This document shows, piece by piece, positions 45,391-53,639 of a stretch of DNA of 64,000 nucleotides. The stretch's first letter is position 1; each line of letters begins with the position of its first letter. The position numbers were made by a program, and so were the translations under genes. The notes beneath the pieces are model-generated. The model ran no database searches. It saw only the letters and a list, made by a program, of their open reading frames with translations, and was not told the DNA's origin. Where the stretch lies: assembly GCA_002415485.1 (NCBI GenBank), contig DHYU01000060.1:8181-72180 (forward strand), read 5' to 3'. Source of the stretch: Proteobacteria bacterium UBA5122. GTDB taxonomy: Bacteria > Pseudomonadota > Gammaproteobacteria > Tenderiales > Tenderiaceae.

Positions 45391-45837
45391 TTATCGATAT
45401 TGTGAATTGGATGCAAGTATTTCAGATTTTTCGTCCATCAATTTTTTAAACGTGTTATATGCCTCGATAAGGTCATCAGAAATGCTTGGGTTTGATCTTG
45501 ATTGTTCACTAAATGAATTATAGAAGTCTGTAGTCTTTCCAATATAAACATCACCCATTCCATCATCGAATTGGTCTGAGGTTATATCAACAATGTTTCC
45601 TTTTACTTCAAGCCAGCCGTGAGAACGGCCGTCTCTTTTGCCACAAACATACTCAATTCCTTCGATTCCATTATTGTTTAAATAAAGCGCAAGCATGTCG
45701 CTTGTGTTTCCGCATGCGCCACTGGGAAAGTGGCCAAAATAGATGGGGCTTAAATCATTATGGTGTTCTTCCATGATAGTTCTTGCTCTTGTCGCAATAT
45801 TTTTAATGACATCAATGATCATAAGGCCTTGTCTCAC
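45391..45837 (-). CDS. orphan AT-rich ORF, minimal transglutaminase-like Cys-His-Asp domain
   Basis: 'GACGNTSDMLALYLNNNGIEGIEYVCG...SHGWLEV...IVDITSDQ' follows the GxC...H.W.E...D order of transglutaminase-like cysteine peptidases. The start is GTG 45837 or ATG 45822. The region is much AT-richer than its flanks by eye. Confidence 0.45.
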   Translation of the reverse strand: MRQGLMIIDVIKNIATRARTIMEEHHNDLSPIYFGHFPSGACGNTSDMLALYLNNNGIEGIEYVCGKRDGRSHGWLEVKGNIVDITSDQFDDGMGDVYIGKTTDFYNSFSEQSRSNPSISDDLIEAYNTFKKLMDEKSEILASNSQYR

Positions 45838-45870
45838 ATCTAGTTATGTTTCAGGCAAGTGAGTGGGTAG

Positions 45871-46050
45871 CTCCGATTAGCGTAGCGTAATCGGAGGAAT
45901 GAAAACAGTCTGTATCGCTGCCGCGATGCAGGATTTGGAACCGGGTCTCGGCCCGGCGGCCGAAGTACTTTTTCTTGCGCGGCCAAGAAAAAGTACTCAA
46001 AAAGAAGGCCGCCCAGCGACTTGTTCAATGAGCATAAGGCGCTCATTGAA
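45871..46050. repeat. cluster of perfect stem-loops (REP/MITE-like palindromic units) in non-coding DNA
   Basis: There are four perfect hairpins. (1) CTCCGATTA-8 nt-TAATCGGAG at 45871-45896. (2) TCGGCC-cggc-GGCCGA at 45948-45963. (3) AGTACTTTTTCTTG-cgcggc-CAAGAAAAAGTACT at 45964-45997. (4) TTCAATGAGC-7 nt-GCTCATTGAA at 46024-46050. Weaker ones follow up to ~46200. Confidence 0.6.
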
Positions 46051-46249
46051 TTCCCTGCGCTTCTCGTGGTTTGCGGCGTGCGCAAAGTCGCAAACTGCGC
46101 TCCACCGCGCACTTGTCCCGCTGACCACTGCGATGCTCGGCTGCGTCGAACGGGATTGTTTAAACGCATTTTTATGATGCGCTTGGCGGCGCATGATATG
46201 GAAGGCTTTTCTTTGTGGGCCTTTGTGACCTTAGCGGTTTAATCCCAAG

Positions 46250-46621
46250 CTAAAAATTCACCGCATCAAACCGTGCATCGCGGCCGATGACTTGCACGGT
46301 GACGCCGTTGGGTAGGCAGGCGGCGATTTGGCCGTCTTGGTTTAGCCAGCCGGTGTGGATGCATTGTTTGCCTTCGCAAGGGGAGTGGATGAAGCGTACT
46401 TGGGCGTCTTTGATTTCGATGATGCTGTCGCCGAGTGGGCCTGCGATGTGTATCTGTTGGTCGTCGTATAACGAGTAGTATTGCGCGTCTTGGTGGGCGG
46501 CGCGGATGACGATTTGTTCGCCGTGGCTGGCGTTGCCCCAGTAGTGCAGGTAGAGCATGGGCAGGAGCAGTAATGCGCCTGCGATGACGATCATGTCCCC
46601 ACGACTGAGCTGCACGTTCAT
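46250..46621 (-). CDS. NusG domain II-containing protein (DUF1312)
   Basis: It has an N-terminal TM helix and 'VRFIHSPCEGKQCIHTGWLNQDGQIAACLPNGV', the typical Cys-x-x-x-Cys core. Confidence 0.7.
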   Translation of the reverse strand: MNVQLSRGDMIVIAGALLLLPMLYLHYWGNASHGEQIVIRAAHQDAQYYSLYDDQQIHIAGPLGDSIIEIKDAQVRFIHSPCEGKQCIHTGWLNQDGQIAACLPNGVTVQVIGRDARFDAVNF

Positions 46622-47697
46622 GGGCTAACGTTTACCTCGTGCGGCAGGCCGTCTTCAAAATGCACGCGTGCCTGCATCTTGGGCGTCATGTGGATGATGC
46701 CGGATTCGTCGATGAGCATGGCGTGGTCGATCTGCATCTGTTTGGCGATGCGTGGCCAGTCGTGTACGCCGGCGATGAAGAGTGCGGTGGCGGCGGCGTC
46801 GGCGGTGGTGGCGTCTGTGTGAATGATGGTGACGGAGCTGACGCCGCGTGCGGGGTGGCCGCGTTGTGGGTCGATGATGTGGTGGTAGCGTTGGCCGTGG
46901 TATTCGAAATACCGTTCGTAGTCGCCGGAGGTGAAGACGCTTTCATCGCCGCTGACTTCGATGGAGGCGATGACGCCGGGTTTGCGTGGATGACGGATGC
47001 CGATGCGCCATGCCTGGCCGTGTTTGTCGCCGATGGCGCGCAGGTCGCCGCCGGCGTTGACGATGGCGTTGTCGATGCCCATCTCGCGCAGGATACGAAT
47101 CGCTTCATCGACGGCATACCCCTTGGCGTAACCGCCGACATCGAGCTGCAGTTGCGGGTTGCTGCTGGAGAGTGTGTTGCCCGTGAGTGTTAGCTGTGCC
47201 ATGGATGGGGCGTGTTGCAGGAAATTTTTAATGGCTTGTTCGGAGGGCGGCGGATCGGCCGGGCGTTCGTCGCTGTGAAAGCCCCACAGGCCGATTAGTT
47301 TGCCGGCGGCGGGGTTGAAGCGCTGTTCACTTTGCGCGGCGAGCTGGATGCCGCTGGCGATGAGTGCGCGTTGTTCGTCGCTCAGTTCGACCGTTTGCCC
47401 GGCCTGCAGTTGTTGGTTGAGCTGGCTGAGTTTGCCGGCTTGCCATGCGTGCCAGTCGTGATGAATCTGCTCCATACGGACACTGATTTTTTTGACGGCC
47501 TCTTCGGTTTGTTGTTTGTCTGCGCCGTAGAGGCTGAGGTCAATCAGGGTGCCGAGGGCGAGGAATTGTTGTTGCTGCACGCTGGGCTGTGGTTCACAGC
47601 CGCTGCCGATGATCAGCAGCAGGCTGCACAACACGACAGTGCGCAGAGTTGTCAGGCGTTGGCGAATGGATGGCATCGAGGGCATGTGTCTGATCAC
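46618..47697 (-). CDS. apbE: FAD:protein FMN transferase ApbE (lipoprotein)
   Basis: It has the lipobox 'IGSGC', 'DVGGYAKGYAVD', 'VNAGGD' and 'TSGDYERYF...HHIIDP'. Confidence 0.9.
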   Translation of the reverse strand: MIRHMPSMPSIRQRLTTLRTVVLCSLLLIIGSGCEPQPSVQQQQFLALGTLIDLSLYGADKQQTEEAVKKISVRMEQIHHDWHAWQAGKLSQLNQQLQAGQTVELSDEQRALIASGIQLAAQSEQRFNPAAGKLIGLWGFHSDERPADPPPSEQAIKNFLQHAPSMAQLTLTGNTLSSSNPQLQLDVGGYAKGYAVDEAIRILREMGIDNAIVNAGGDLRAIGDKHGQAWRIGIRHPRKPGVIASIEVSGDESVFTSGDYERYFEYHGQRYHHIIDPQRGHPARGVSSVTIIHTDATTADAAATALFIAGVHDWPRIAKQMQIDHAMLIDESGIIHMTPKMQARVHFEDGLPHEVNVSP

Positions 47698-47757
47698 GGC
47701 GATAAACAGCGGTGAATATAGTCTGATTACGATGTCGACGAGGATGTTGGTCTTCGT

Positions 47758-48711
47758 CTAGCGCGCCTTGAGCTTCTTTTCGATGCAGTCCATCAATTCA
47801 CCTGCGATATCGAGTTCGAACTGTTTATCGAGTTCGCGGATGCAGGTGGGGCTGGTGACGTTGATCTCGGTGAGGTAGTCGCCGATGACGTCGAGGCCGA
47901 CGAAGTAGAGGCCCTTTTTCTTCAGTGTGGGGCCGACCTGTTGGCAGATCCAGCGGTCGCGCTCGGTCAGCGGCCGGCCTTCGCCGCGGCCGCCGGCGGC
48001 GAGGTTGCCGCGTGTTTCACCACTGGCGGGGATGCGCGCCAGTGCGTAGGGCATGGGTTCGCCGTCGACCATCAGGATGCGTTTGTCGCCATGCACGATC
48101 TCAGGGATGTAGCGCTGGGCCATGATGTATTGCTGGCCGTTGTTGGTCAGGGTCTCAAAGGCGACGCTGATGTTGGGGTCGCCGAGGCGCAGGCGAAAGA
48201 TCGACATGCCGCCCATGCCTTCGAGTGGTTTGATGATGATGTCTTGGTGTTCATCCAGAAAGCTGCGCAGTTGTTTCATGTCGCGGCTGACCAGCGTGGC
48301 GGGGCAGCATTGCGGGAACCACGCGGTGTAGAGTTTTTCGTTGGCGTCGCGCAGGCTTTGCGGTTTGTTGACGACGAGCACGCCGTCGGCCTCGGCCAGC
48401 TCCAGCAGGTAGGTGGTGTGGATGTACTGCAGGTCGAGCGGTGGATCTTTGCGCATCAGGATCACGTCGAGTTCGCTCAGCGGGCGTGGATCGGGTTCGC
48501 TGAGGGTGAACCAGTCGTGTGGATTATCGCGCACCTCGAGCGGTCGTTTGATCGCCTGCACCTTGCCATCGCGCAGGAAGATGTCCTTTTGCGTCATGTA
48601 ATACAGTTGCCAGCCGCGTTTCTGGGCGGCGAGCAGCATGGCGAGGGTGGAGTCCTTGTGCGGTTTGATGGACTGGATGGGGTCCATGATGACGCCGAGT
48701 TTGACGGTCAT
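47758..48711 (-). CDS. gshB: glutathione synthetase
   Basis: Prokaryotic GshB over its full length ('MDPIQSIKPHKDST', 'DKRILMVDGEP', 'LTEINVTSP'). Confidence 0.95.
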   Translation of the reverse strand: MTVKLGVIMDPIQSIKPHKDSTLAMLLAAQKRGWQLYYMTQKDIFLRDGKVQAIKRPLEVRDNPHDWFTLSEPDPRPLSELDVILMRKDPPLDLQYIHTTYLLELAEADGVLVVNKPQSLRDANEKLYTAWFPQCCPATLVSRDMKQLRSFLDEHQDIIIKPLEGMGGMSIFRLRLGDPNISVAFETLTNNGQQYIMAQRYIPEIVHGDKRILMVDGEPMPYALARIPASGETRGNLAAGGRGEGRPLTERDRWICQQVGPTLKKKGLYFVGLDVIGDYLTEINVTSPTCIRELDKQFELDIAGELMDCIEKKLKAR

Positions 48712-48720
48712 ATCGATTCT

Positions 48721-50028
48721 CTATGCGGTTGCGTGTTTATGGGCGGCGATTTCGCGGGCGGCGGCGAGTAGCGCCAAACGGGCAATCACGCCATAGGCGT
48801 AAAAACGGTTGGGGTTGGCGTCGGGCGCCTTGCTTTGATCAGGCATGTTGCACGATTCGGCAAAGGCCAGCGGTTCAAAGTGCATGCCGGGGGCGTTGAG
48901 GTTTTCGTTGGGGCCACGGCGGGTGTGGACGCGGTAAAAACCGCCGACGACGAAGTGATCGATCATGTAGACCACCGGTTCGGCCACGGCCTGATCGCTG
49001 CCCCAGGTTTCAAATGAATAGACGCCCTCTTGCATGATGACCTGGCTGACGGCCTGACCGCCCTTGGAGGCCGACATCTTGTTGCGTTGTTTGCGGTTGA
49101 GTTCGCGCACCTCATCGACCGATTGCACCATCATGATGCCCATGCCGTAGGTGCCGGCATCGGCCTTGATGACGACGAAGGGTTTGTCGGTGAGGCCGTA
49201 TTCGTCGTATTTGGCCTGGATTTCTTCCAGCAGGCGGCTGACGTGTTTGACCAGGCAGTCGCCCCCCTCCTGGGTCTTGAAGTTGATCTTGCCGCAGTGG
49301 CTGAATTTTGGATTGATCAGCCACGGGTCGATGTCGATCATCGATGCAAACTCATCGACCACGCCGTTGTACTGCGCAAAGTGGCCGGACTTGCGGCGGT
49401 TGGCCCAGCCCAGTTCCAGTGGCGGCAATACCGGTTGCGTGAGGCCTTGCAGGATCTCGGGGATGCCGTCGGAGAGATCGTTGTTGAGCAGGATCATGCA
49501 CGGTTCGAAGTCTTCGATGCTGATGCGGTCTTCATCGCGGCCGATCGGTGCCAGTTGCAGCTGGCGGCCAGAGGGCAGGTCGAGGGTCATGGTCTCGGCG
49601 AGATCCGCGATCAGCGAGCCGATGCGCACGTTGTAACCGGCATTGGTGATCATGTCGCGTAGTGTGGCGATGTTTTCCAGATAAAACAGGTTTCGAGTGT
49701 GGTTTTCTGGGATCAGCAGGATGTTGCAGGCCTTGGGCATCTCACGTTCGAGGATCGACTGGATGGCCTGGGTGCACAGCGGCATGAATGATGGATTCAA
49801 GTTATTGAATCCTGCAGGAAAAAGATTGGTGTCGACCGGCGCCAGCTTGAAACCGGAGTTACGCAGATCCACCGAGGTGTAGAACGGGGCAGGTGTCAGC
49901 AGCCATTGTTTGCGGAACCAGGTCTCGATCTCGGCCTGATGCTCGAGAAAGTGGCTTTCTATTTCCAATAGGGGACCAGTCAGCGAGGTCGTTAAATGCG
50001 GAACTGCGTGTAAATGCTCGATAGCCAT
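48721..50028 (-). CDS. gshA: glutamate-cysteine ligase, short (Acidithiobacillus/Neisseria-type) family
   Basis: 'PFYTSVDLRNSGFKLAPVDTNLFPAGFNNL' matches my memory of this GshA family. I chose the ATG at 50028 ('MAIEHLH'). The upstream extension would overlap the divergent gene. Confidence 0.8.
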   Translation of the reverse strand: MAIEHLHAVPHLTTSLTGPLLEIESHFLEHQAEIETWFRKQWLLTPAPFYTSVDLRNSGFKLAPVDTNLFPAGFNNLNPSFMPLCTQAIQSILEREMPKACNILLIPENHTRNLFYLENIATLRDMITNAGYNVRIGSLIADLAETMTLDLPSGRQLQLAPIGRDEDRISIEDFEPCMILLNNDLSDGIPEILQGLTQPVLPPLELGWANRRKSGHFAQYNGVVDEFASMIDIDPWLINPKFSHCGKINFKTQEGGDCLVKHVSRLLEEIQAKYDEYGLTDKPFVVIKADAGTYGMGIMMVQSVDEVRELNRKQRNKMSASKGGQAVSQVIMQEGVYSFETWGSDQAVAEPVVYMIDHFVVGGFYRVHTRRGPNENLNAPGMHFEPLAFAESCNMPDQSKAPDANPNRFYAYGVIARLALLAAAREIAAHKHATA

Positions 50029-50109
50029 GATCTGCTCGTGGTCTGAAATAGGGGCTAATCTTATCTCAAAAGTATTGGCCGGGGTTAGGCCCTTGATCTT
50101 ACGCATGGG

Positions 50110-51438
50110 ATGGACGATAGACTCCATATGAATTGGGATATCCACAAAATGGTCGGACGCCGATTGTTGCTGGCGGCATTATTGCTGTCGCCGCTGTTTG
50201 GCGGACTGGTGGCATGGTTGGAGCTGCATCGGATCGATCATCTGGTGCTGGACCTGATCGACCGTGAGGCGGTGTTTGAACAGGAACTGGTGGATAGTCT
50301 GGAATCTCCCAATCTGGACGAGATCGGGCGATTTCAGGACAAGGCCGTGTTTCTGACCGAACAGCACTTCGTGATGATTGATGTCTATGACGCTGAAGAA
50401 AACCACGTCGCGGTTGCTGTAGGCAAGGACGATGCTTGGGTGCATGACTTTTTTGAGAAGCGGCACCACGCCTTTCCACTCGACCGCACGCTGCACTACG
50501 AACGGTTCTACATCCAGGATCGATTTTTCATGCAGGTCTTAAAGCCGTTATGGCATAGCAATGGCCAACTTGTGGGTTATTTTGAGGGCGTCTATGAGGT
50601 CGATCACGATGTGGTCGAACAGATTGAGGCGCGCATCGTGCAGGGCGTGTTGATGGCGGTCGGCGGGATCTTTTTGACCTCGTTGTTGTTGTATCCGGTG
50701 ATTGTCTTTCTCAATCGTCAACTCATCTGTTTTGCGCGTGATGTGTTTCAGGCCAACGTCGAGATGCTGGAGGTGATGGGCAGTGCGATCGCCAAACGCG
50801 ATTCCACCACCGACAGCCACAACTATCGGGTGACGCTGTATTCGCTGCGCATGGGCGAGCACCTGGGGATGTCGTCGTCACAGCTCAGGGATTTGGCGGC
50901 GGGGGCGTTTTTGCACGATGTCGGCAAGATCGGTATTCGCGATGCTGTGCTGGACAAGCCGGGCAAGCTTACCGAAGACGAAATGAAACATATGCGTGAG
51001 CATGTGCTGCTGGGACTGGATATCGTTGATAAGGCGAAGTGGTTGGCCGGGGCGCGCGATGTGATTCAGTTTCATCACGAGAAATACGATGGTAGTGGTT
51101 ATCATCAGGGACTCAAGGGGGAGGAGATCCCGCTGCATGCACGCATCTTTGCCATCGTTGATGTGTTCGACGCACTGACCAGCGAACGGCCGTATAAAAA
51201 GGCGATGTCGGTGGCGCAGGCCTTGTCCATCCTGGAAGAGGGGCGCGGCAGTCATTTTGATCCGGCGCTGTTGGATCGATTCGCGTTGTTGGCGGATCAC
51301 CTATACGAGCGTTACGGCTGCGCCAAGTACAGCACGCTGACGCGGCGGCTGGCCGTCGATGTACGGCGCTATTTCTTTGATACAGGCTTGACCTGTTCGG
51401 CGACGTCTAAGCGAGGTCGCCCCACAGCGTCTGAATAG
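50110..51438 (+). CDS. membrane-bound HD-GYP-type c-di-GMP phosphodiesterase (GYP reads GYH)
   Basis: It has TM - sensor - TM, then 'HDVGKIGI' and 'FHHEKYDGSGYHQGL...DVFDALTSERPYK'. The exact start is uncertain. Confidence 0.85.
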   Translation: MDDRLHMNWDIHKMVGRRLLLAALLLSPLFGGLVAWLELHRIDHLVLDLIDREAVFEQELVDSLESPNLDEIGRFQDKAVFLTEQHFVMIDVYDAEENHVAVAVGKDDAWVHDFFEKRHHAFPLDRTLHYERFYIQDRFFMQVLKPLWHSNGQLVGYFEGVYEVDHDVVEQIEARIVQGVLMAVGGIFLTSLLLYPVIVFLNRQLICFARDVFQANVEMLEVMGSAIAKRDSTTDSHNYRVTLYSLRMGEHLGMSSSQLRDLAAGAFLHDVGKIGIRDAVLDKPGKLTEDEMKHMREHVLLGLDIVDKAKWLAGARDVIQFHHEKYDGSGYHQGLKGEEIPLHARIFAIVDVFDALTSERPYKKAMSVAQALSILEEGRGSHFDPALLDRFALLADHLYERYGCAKYSTLTRRLAVDVRRYFFDTGLTCSATSKRGRPTASE

Positions 51439-52138
51439 CACTGAGTGCGGTCAGGCCTGCGGTCTCGGTGCGCAACACCCGTGGCCCGAGGCGTATGCCG
51501 TGAAAGCCGTGCCGGATCGCCAGTTCGATCTCCTCATCACTGAGCCCGCCTTCGGGGCCCATCAATAACGTGATCTCGCCGCTGGGGCGATCCAGATTAT
51601 GCAGATTGTGCGCTGCCGTGGGGGCGAGCACGAGGCGATGTTCTCCCGCGGTGTTCGGCAACCAGTCGGCCAATGTCTGGGCCGCGTGTACATGTGGGAC
51701 TTGATTGCGGCCACACTGCTCGCAGGCGCTGGCGGCCACGCCCTGCCAATGTTCGATTCTCTTGTCGAGGCGGTCGCCATCGAGTTTGACGCCGCAGCGT
51801 TCGCTGAACAGCGGCACGATCGCGTTGACCCCCAGCTCGACAGCCTTCTGAATGGTGTAGTCCATCTTGTCACCACGGGAGATGCTTTGTGCCAATACGA
51901 TGCGCAGTGGTGATTCACATTCATGGGAGCGATGCGCACCTACCCGTGCACTGGCACGTTTGCGATCGACCTGTTCGAGGCTGGCGCTGTATTCACCGCC
52001 CTGGCCGTTGAAGAGGATGATGTCGGCGCCGTCTTTGAGGCGCAGTGCGCGCACCACGTGGTTGAAGGCGTTGTCGTCGAGCGTGACGATGGCGCCTGGG
52101 GTTAGATCGATGGCGAGATAGATTCGCGGGATGCGCAT
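51407..52138 (-). CDS. rsmE: 16S rRNA (uracil1498-N3)-methyltransferase
   Basis: It starts 'MRIPRIY' at 52138 and has the 'LLMGPEGGLSDEE' and 'LGPRVLRTETA' motifs. The 61 upstream codons of the ORF call are Arg/Pro junk. Confidence 0.9.
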   Translation of the reverse strand: MRIPRIYLAIDLTPGAIVTLDDNAFNHVVRALRLKDGADIILFNGQGGEYSASLEQVDRKRASARVGAHRSHECESPLRIVLAQSISRGDKMDYTIQKAVELGVNAIVPLFSERCGVKLDGDRLDKRIEHWQGVAASACEQCGRNQVPHVHAAQTLADWLPNTAGEHRLVLAPTAAHNLHNLDRPSGEITLLMGPEGGLSDEEIELAIRHGFHGIRLGPRVLRTETAGLTALSAIQTLWGDLA

Positions 52139-52146
52139 GCGTAGTC

Positions 52147-53499
52147 CTAGTCCTGGGTGGCGAGGTGGATGCCGTCGGTTGCGACGCGGGCGAGGAAGTC
52201 GATCTGCTCGGGTTCGATCACGTAGGGCGGCATGAAGTAGACGACATTGCCCAGCGGTCTGAGTAGCGCGCCTTGGCTCAGTGCGTGTTGGTACACGCGC
52301 AGGCCACGGCGCTGTTGCCACGGGAAGGGTTTGCGTGTGGCCTTGTCCTCGACCATTTCAATCGCCAGTACCATGCCGCGGTGGCGGATCTGGCCGACGT
52401 GCGGGTGATCCTGCAGGTGGGCAGTTGCACGGGCCATGTGCGCGGACAGCGCCTGGTTTTTTTCGATGATGTCGTCGCTGGCGAAGATGTCGAGTGTCGC
52501 CAGTGCCGCGCTGCAGGCCAGCGGGTTGCCGGTGTAGCTGTGCGAGTGCAGGAAGGCGTTGAGTTTTTCGTAGTCGTCGTAAAAGGCCTGGTAGATCTTG
52601 TCGTGGGTCATGACCCCGGCCAGCGGCAGGTAACCGCCGGTCAGCCCCTTGGACAGGCACATGAAGTCGGGTGTGATGCCGGCCTGTTCACAGGCGAAGA
52701 GGGTGCCGGTGCGGCCGAAACCGACGGCGATCTCGTCGGCGATCAAATGGACGTTGTGGCGGTCACAGGCCTCACGCAGCAGCTGCAGATAACGCGGGTG
52801 GTACATGCGCATGCCGGCGGCGCATTGAATGAGCGGTTCGACGATGACGGCGCAGGCCTGGTGGGCGTGTTGGGCCAGTGCCAGTTCCATAGGTGCGAAC
52901 ATGCGTTCGGCGTAGGCGATCTCGTCTTCACCGGGCTCCATGTGGAAGGTGTCGGCGCCGGGCACAGTGATGGCCTCCATCAACAGCGGGCCGTAGGTCG
53001 ATTTGTAGAGGCTGACATCGCCGACGGCCAGCGCGCCGAGCGTCTCGCCGTGGTAGCTGTTGGCGAGGGTGATGAACTTGGTCTTTTGCGTTTGGCCAGA
53101 GTTGAGCCAGTAGTGAAAGCTCATCTTGAGTGTGGCCTCGATGGCGGCCGAGCCGTTATCGGTATAAAAGCAGCGATTGAGGCCGGGTGGCGTGATCGCG
53201 ACCAGCCGCTCGGAGAGTTCGATGATCGGCTCGTGGCTGAAGCCACCGAGGATGACGTGTTCCAGTTGATCGAGCTGGGCCTTGACGCGCGCACTGATGC
53301 GCGGGTTGTTATGGCCGAACAGATTGACCCACCACGAGCTGACGGCATCGAGATAACGCTTGCCGTCGAAGTCTTCCAGCCAGACGCCCTCGCCGCGTTT
53401 GATCGGGACCAAGGGCAGCCATTCGTGGTCTTTCATCTGGGTGCACGGATGCCAAAGGACATTGAGGTCGCGTTCGATAAGGGTGGCATTGAGGCTCAT
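52147..53499 (-). CDS. bioA: adenosylmethionine-8-amino-7-oxononanoate aminotransferase
   Basis: 'LWHPCTQM', 'IADEIAVGFGRTG' and 'LSKGLTGG' motifs. ATG at 53499. Confidence 0.9.
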   Translation of the reverse strand: MSLNATLIERDLNVLWHPCTQMKDHEWLPLVPIKRGEGVWLEDFDGKRYLDAVSSWWVNLFGHNNPRISARVKAQLDQLEHVILGGFSHEPIIELSERLVAITPPGLNRCFYTDNGSAAIEATLKMSFHYWLNSGQTQKTKFITLANSYHGETLGALAVGDVSLYKSTYGPLLMEAITVPGADTFHMEPGEDEIAYAERMFAPMELALAQHAHQACAVIVEPLIQCAAGMRMYHPRYLQLLREACDRHNVHLIADEIAVGFGRTGTLFACEQAGITPDFMCLSKGLTGGYLPLAGVMTHDKIYQAFYDDYEKLNAFLHSHSYTGNPLACSAALATLDIFASDDIIEKNQALSAHMARATAHLQDHPHVGQIRHRGMVLAIEMVEDKATRKPFPWQQRRGLRVYQHALSQGALLRPLGNVVYFMPPYVIEPEQIDFLARVATDGIHLATQD

Positions 53500-53639
53500 G
53501 GTTAGACTCGGGCTCGGGATAGGAATCGGGTTTTTCGTGGTCAAAAGCGCTATAGTGTACCGCCGCCATGATAGGGGATTCGGCGGTGAATGACGAGGGC
53601 AGGCGCCAGTGCGCTAAAATACGCCGACAGTAGATTGGA

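Noticed and set aside
51407-52321. Long version of the rsmE ORF (304 aa) and similar N-terminal extensions in the ORF track (pyk 11593, bioA 53544, sbcB 56948, gshA 50145, rlmJ 57596, gloA 26888).
   Set aside because: The extensions are low-complexity or overlap neighbouring genes. Internal ATGs align with the conserved N-termini of each family, often with a good RBS.
52273-53505. 410-aa plus-strand ORF opposite bioA. Similar long antisense ORFs lie at 53670-54710 (346 aa), 61313-62416 (367 aa), 39787-40695 (302 aa) and 47941-48771 (276 aa).
   Set aside because: Each is antisense to a gene with strong family motifs (bioA, the FG-GAP protein, the TonB-dependent receptor, pyrB, gshB). They are Gly/Ala/Val/Asp/Arg-rich, have no recognisable domains and are shadow ORFs.
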